In this document: positions 27,931 through 32,000 of the stretch, one piece after another | Position numbering within the stretch: position 1 is the first letter of the stretch | Layout of the letters: each line of letters begins with the position of its first letter | Source of the DNA: Coprobacillaceae bacterium | Lineage (GTDB): Bacteria > Bacillota_I > Bacilli_A > Erysipelotrichales > Coprobacillaceae | Assembly (NCBI GenBank): GCA_963675515.1 | Contig: OY776328.1 | Span: forward strand, 540,001-572,000 | Length of the DNA: 32,000 nucleotides | Direction of reading: 5' to 3' | Translations under genes and position numbers: made by a program | Notes under the pieces: model-generated | The model's database searches: none | What the model saw: the letters and a program-made list of their open reading frames with translations, nothing else | Told to the model about the DNA's origin: nothing

Positions 27931-28974
27931 ATGTTAAGCGCATTAATCATGGCCGGAGGACGGGGAACCCGTTTTTATCCATTGTCAACCGATGACCATC
28001 CCAAGCAGTTCTTGAACCTGATCGGGGAGAAGACAATGATCCAGATGACGGTGGACCGTCTGCTGAATATCATGCCGATTGAAAGGGTCTTTGTGGCGAC
28101 CGGGGCCAAGTATGTCGACCTTACCAAGGAGCAGCTGCCGGATTTGCCTGAGGGCAACATCATCGTCGAGCCGGTGGGCCGCAATACCGCACCTTGTGTC
28201 GTGTTTTCTGCGATGCAGGTCAATGCCCTGTTTCCATCGGCCAACCTGGTAGTCCTTCCTTCGGATGCGTTGATCCAGGATGTCGAGGAATTCTGCAAGG
28301 TCCTTCAAGCTGGCGACGCCTTCCTTGACAATAACAAGGAGGCGGTGGTCACAATCGGAATCGAGCCGACAAGACCGGAAACCGGTTATGGCTACATCAA
28401 GCAGACCGACCAGTATGAAGTGGTGAACAACTACCAGATCAAGAAGGTGGAACGCTTCGTCGAAAAACCGGATATGGAAACGGCACAGGAATACCTGGGA
28501 CAGGGCGGTTACTTCTGGAACGCCGGGATTTTCATGTGGAATGTCAACTACGTTGAAAAGCTGGCCAAGACTTACATGGAAGACACTTATAATAAACTCC
28601 TACGGATTGGCATGGTTGGCAGTGAAGGTTACGAATCACGGCTGTTCGAAATCTACCCCCAATGCGAGTCGATCTCGGTCGACTATGCCCTGATGGAAAA
28701 GATCGATACGATCAACGTTATTCCCGGTTCGTTTGGCTGGGATGATGTCGGTACCTGGGCGGCGCTTGAGCGCTACCTGCCTCAAGACGCCAATGGCAAC
28801 ATCACCAAGGGACGTTTCCATGTCGACAACGCCCGCAACAACATCATCTTCTCGACCAAAAAGGAAATTGTCTTTTTAGGCATGGAGAATGCCTTCTGCA
28901 TTGAAGCCGATGACATGATTGTCGTGGGAACCAGGGACCAGCTAAGTGCGGTCCATGAACTAAGAAATAGATAG
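27931..28974 (+). CDS. manC: Mannose-1-phosphate guanylyltransferase (short form, no isomerase domain)
   Basis: GGAGG SD. ALIMAGGRGTRFYPLS nucleotidyltransferase loop, GYGYI, FVEKPD and YFWNAGIFMW blocks typical of GDP-mannose pyrophosphorylases. Confidence 0.82.
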   Translation: MLSALIMAGGRGTRFYPLSTDDHPKQFLNLIGEKTMIQMTVDRLLNIMPIERVFVATGAKYVDLTKEQLPDLPEGNIIVEPVGRNTAPCVVFSAMQVNALFPSANLVVLPSDALIQDVEEFCKVLQAGDAFLDNNKEAVVTIGIEPTRPETGYGYIKQTDQYEVVNNYQIKKVERFVEKPDMETAQEYLGQGGYFWNAGIFMWNVNYVEKLAKTYMEDTYNKLLRIGMVGSEGYESRLFEIYPQCESISVDYALMEKIDTINVIPGSFGWDDVGTWAALERYLPQDANGNITKGRFHVDNARNNIIFSTKKEIVFLGMENAFCIEADDMIVVGTRDQLSAVHELRNR

Positions 28975-28988
28975 ACGAGGTATGAGTT

Positions 28989-31676
28989 TTGGAATACATG
29001 GATGTTTATAACAAGTGGTTGAACGCCGATTTGACCCCGGAATTGAAAGAAGAAATAACCAGCCTTACCGAAGATGAGATCAAGGATATTTTCGGATCGA
29101 AACTGAAATTCGGAACCGGCGGGGTGCGTGAGATATTAGGTGTGGGACCGTCACGCCTCAATGTTTTCACAATCGCCAAGCTGGCCGAAGGTCTGGCCAA
29201 ATATATCGACGCCTATGTGGGGGACCACAATAAGGCGGCGGTCATCGCCTATGACAACCGCGCCTACTCGAAGGAGTTTTCGGCCATCGTCGCATCGGTC
29301 CTGGCCAACCATGACATCAAGGTCTACCTGTTCGACGATCTGCGTCCGACTCCGGAGCTGTCATTCGCGATCCAGGAGCTCAAAGCCTTCGCGGGTGTGG
29401 TCATCACAGCGAGTCACAACACCAAGGAATACAACGGATTCAAGGTGTATAACCATTATGGCAACCAGTGCGTTGTCCATGAGACCAACCGGATCTATGA
29501 ATACATCAACATGGTCGAAGACGGCTTCGATGTCGTCCTGGCAAACGAGACAAAAGAAAAGCAGTATGTCGAGCTGATCGGTGATGCCATCGATAAGAAG
29601 TATTACGATTTGCTTGAAAAAGTGAAATACAACGATGTCGACTACAAGGCGACCAAGATTGTCTTCTCATCGCAACACGGGACCTCGTTCGTTCCGGTTA
29701 CGACAATGTTCGACCGCCGCGGGGTGGACTACCAAATCGTCAAGGAACAATGCTTCCCTTCGACCGAGTTCATCAATACGCCCAACCCGAATCCCGAAAA
29801 CAAGCATGCCTTCGACATGGGAATCGAACTGGCCAAACAGGTTGGCGGAAAATACGTCATCACGACCGATCCTGACTGCGACCGGTTGGGAATCGCCGTT
29901 GAACACAACGGCAAGTTTGTCTTTTTGACCGGCAACCAGACCGGAGCGATCCTGCTTGAATACATCCTGGGAACACTGCAAAAGCAAGGCAGACTTTCTG
30001 AAAACACGATCATCTTCGATACGGTCGTGACCAGCTCGCTTGGAAAAGTGATCGCCAACAACTACGGAGTGAAAAACCAGACGACCCTGACGGGATTCAA
30101 GTTCATCGGGGAGCTTATCTGCGAGTACGAACGGACCAACGAGTTCGATTTCGTCTTCGGTTACGAGGAATCGTACGGTTACCTTTTCAGCGGCATTTCC
30201 AAAGACAAGGATGCGGTGCAATCATGCATGGTTCTTGCCGAAGTGGCCAACTATTATGCGGCCCAAGGCAAAGACCTGGTCGATGTGCTAAACGACATCT
30301 ACCACAAGTATGGCTACTATATCGATGTAAGCAAATCGAAGAAAATCAAGGACTCCAGCGTCATCGTCGAAAATATCCGCAAACTGAAGATCGCCAAGAT
30401 CGGCGGACTCAATGTCACCGGAATGGAGGATTTCGCCAACGACAATGTCTTCGTGCGCCATTCGTACAAGATCCTGCCAAAATCGAACGTATTGAAATAC
30501 TACCTTGAAGACGGTTCATGGTTTGCGGTGCGACCTAGCGGGACCGAACCGAAGTGCAAGTTCTACTACTGCGTGGTGGGGGCGACCAAACAGGCGGCTC
30601 TCGAAAAGCAAAGACTGATCGAAGAGGAGCTGATGGAGCTGATCGAAACCAAGCAGGAACGAAAGGTGGCCTTCATCACCGGAGTATCCGGTCAGGACGG
30701 TTTCTACCTGTCGCGGTTCCTTCTCAACAAGGGTTACGAGGTCCATGGGATGATGCGCCGTTTCTCAGGCAGCGAAGTCAACCTGGAGGCCGAAGTGCTC
30801 GAAGGGATGAGTAACGAGTCGTTCTATCTCCACTATGGTGATCTGACTGACGGCACGAACATCAACCGCCTGATCGAACAGATCAGACCTGATGAGGTGT
30901 ACAACCTGGCATCGCAGTCGTTCGTCTCGACCTCTTACGAGATACCCGAATACACCAATGATGTCAATTCGCTTGGTGCGATCAGGCTGCTTGACGCGAT
31001 CCACAAAACGAAACTCAAAGCCAAGTATTTCCAGGCTTCGTCATGTGTCATGTACGGCAACAACTTCGACCACGTGCCTCAAAACGAGCTGACGCCCTTC
31101 GAGCCCAACTCGCCTTATGGCATATCGAAACTCAACGCCCACTGGACCACGGTGATGTACCGCGACTCTTACAACATCTTCGCCTGCAACGGGATCATGT
31201 TCAACCACGAGTCGCCCCGACGCGACAGCAAGTACGTGACCCGCAAGATCACCAAGGCGGTGGCCAACATCGCCAAGGGCAAACAGGATAGGCTGACATT
31301 GGGGAACCTCGATTCCAAACGGGACTGGGGCTTCGCAGGCGACTATGTCGTGGGAATGTGGCTGATGCTCCAGGAAGCTATCCCAGGTGACTATGTCCTT
31401 TCAACCAATGAAGCCCACAGTGTCCGCGAGTTCGTCGAACTGGCATTCAAGACTGCTCGAATCGAAATCGAGTGGCGCGACAAGGGGATCGATGAAAAAG
31501 GTTATGACAAGAAGACCGGAAAGCTGCTTGTCGACATCGACTCGAAGTATTTCCGCCCGACGAGCATATTGGAGCTCCGGGGCGACAATAACAAGGCAAC
31601 CAAGACCCTGGGGTGGAAGCGCGAACTCTCATTCGAAGACCTGGTTGAACTAATGGTTAAAGCTGACATGCGCTAA
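28989..31676 (+). CDS. Single ORF fusing an alpha-D-phosphohexomutase (PgcA/PMM-like, about aa 1-548) to GDP-mannose 4,6-dehydratase (about aa 557-895)
   Basis: All four phosphohexomutase motifs are present: TASHNTKEYNG phosphoserine loop, DPDCDR Mg loop, GYEESYG sugar loop, RPSGTEPK phosphate loop. These are followed in frame by the GMD motifs ITGVSGQDGFYLSRFLL, SPYGISK (YxxxK) and FNHESPRR. There is no stop between the halves. The start is either TTG 28989 (GAGG 8 nt upstream) or ATG 28998. Confidence 0.85.
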   Translation: MEYMDVYNKWLNADLTPELKEEITSLTEDEIKDIFGSKLKFGTGGVREILGVGPSRLNVFTIAKLAEGLAKYIDAYVGDHNKAAVIAYDNRAYSKEFSAIVASVLANHDIKVYLFDDLRPTPELSFAIQELKAFAGVVITASHNTKEYNGFKVYNHYGNQCVVHETNRIYEYINMVEDGFDVVLANETKEKQYVELIGDAIDKKYYDLLEKVKYNDVDYKATKIVFSSQHGTSFVPVTTMFDRRGVDYQIVKEQCFPSTEFINTPNPNPENKHAFDMGIELAKQVGGKYVITTDPDCDRLGIAVEHNGKFVFLTGNQTGAILLEYILGTLQKQGRLSENTIIFDTVVTSSLGKVIANNYGVKNQTTLTGFKFIGELICEYERTNEFDFVFGYEESYGYLFSGISKDKDAVQSCMVLAEVANYYAAQGKDLVDVLNDIYHKYGYYIDVSKSKKIKDSSVIVENIRKLKIAKIGGLNVTGMEDFANDNVFVRHSYKILPKSNVLKYYLEDGSWFAVRPSGTEPKCKFYYCVVGATKQAALEKQRLIEEELMELIETKQERKVAFITGVSGQDGFYLSRFLLNKGYEVHGMMRRFSGSEVNLEAEVLEGMSNESFYLHYGDLTDGTNINRLIEQIRPDEVYNLASQSFVSTSYEIPEYTNDVNSLGAIRLLDAIHKTKLKAKYFQASSCVMYGNNFDHVPQNELTPFEPNSPYGISKLNAHWTTVMYRDSYNIFACNGIMFNHESPRRDSKYVTRKITKAVANIAKGKQDRLTLGNLDSKRDWGFAGDYVVGMWLMLQEAIPGDYVLSTNEAHSVREFVELAFKTARIEIEWRDKGIDEKGYDKKTGKLLVDIDSKYFRPTSILELRGDNNKATKTLGWKRELSFEDLVELMVKADMR

Positions 31677-31679
31677 TAA

Positions 31680-31712
31680 AAAAGGATGGCAAGTCAGCCA
31701 TCCTTTTATTTT
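31680..31712. terminator. Strong hairpin terminator after the fusion gene, possibly bidirectional
   Basis: AAAAGGATGGC-aagtca-GCCATCCTTTT 11-bp stem. TTTTATTTT follows on the plus side, and an A-run (T-run on the minus strand) lies on the other side. Confidence 0.8.
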
Positions 31713-32000
31713 GAATTTGACTGCAAACAAGCCGATAATCGGGAGATATTGTTTTAATTTACAGTCTGATGTGCTAAAATAGTTTACTAGATGGCCACAT
31801 AGCCAGGATGAATTATTCCGATTTAAAGAAGAAAATTCACGATTGAATTGCGACGTTGCCAAATTCTTATCAGGGGGCGGATACCGCCATTAAACAAGGT
31901 GACCGGCAAAACAGTAGGCAAAATCACATACAAGATCCAGGCCATGTTAAAATGGCAGGCAAAACGGAGATAACGGCAGATGAAAGATGTTGAAATATCG

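Noticed and set aside
28989-31676. The mutase-dehydratase fusion read as a trivial annotation artefact.
   Set aside because: I could not reject this fully. The frame is continuous in the given sequence and both domains are complete, so I report it as a fusion. A sequencing error that removes a stop at the repeat-rich junction (30615-30647) remains possible and is listed as the main refutation test.
31650-31862. A 70-aa minus-strand ORF (TTG start) overlapping the end of the fusion gene.
   Set aside because: It runs straight through the strong terminator hairpin at 31680-31712 and into the gmd coding region. It has no SD.

Overview
The window looks like a chromosomal segment from a Gram-positive, Firmicutes-like bacterium. 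Evidence for that is the strong AGGAGG-type Shine-Dalgarno sites, sigma-A-like promoters, many hairpin plus T-run terminators, PTS and GH1 sugar genes, and rmlACBD gene order. Most of it is ordinary carbohydrate, nucleotide and envelope metabolism. In order: the 3' part of a Lac-family PTS EIIC gene; a cytoplasmic Cys-type sulfatase; shikimate dehydrogenase; a split chromate-transporter pair with a divergent LysR regulator; and adenine deaminase. Next comes a beta-glucoside block (EIIC, small ORF, RpiR regulator, 6-phospho-beta-glucosidase), followed by an AEC permease, then an M29 aminopeptidase. Further on: an AraC regulator with an alpha/beta hydrolase; a surface-polysaccharide block (glycosyltransferase, flippase-like protein, rmlA-rmlC-rmlB-rmlD); and a separate GDP-sugar operon (manC plus one ORF fusing a phosphohexomutase to GDP-mannose 4,6-dehydratase). 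The stretch ordinary annotation does not explain is 13.9-19.7 kb, a terminator-insulated module with apparently lower GC. It holds a 566-aa all-TPR-like protein, divergently transcribed from a translationally coupled operon of three paralogous proteins. Each paralog has an XRE-like HTH followed by a shared C-terminal domain I cannot recognise. Downstream is a 355-bp region with no annotated gene but its own terminator and only micro-ORFs. I flag this module as the best candidate for an undescribed regulatory, sensing or defence-type system. The mutase-dehydratase fusion, with an apparently dead-end GDP-sugar pathway, is the second most interesting item. I saw no rRNA, tRNA, CRISPR array, transposase or integrase. 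All family assignments come from motifs I recognised by eye; no database search was run.
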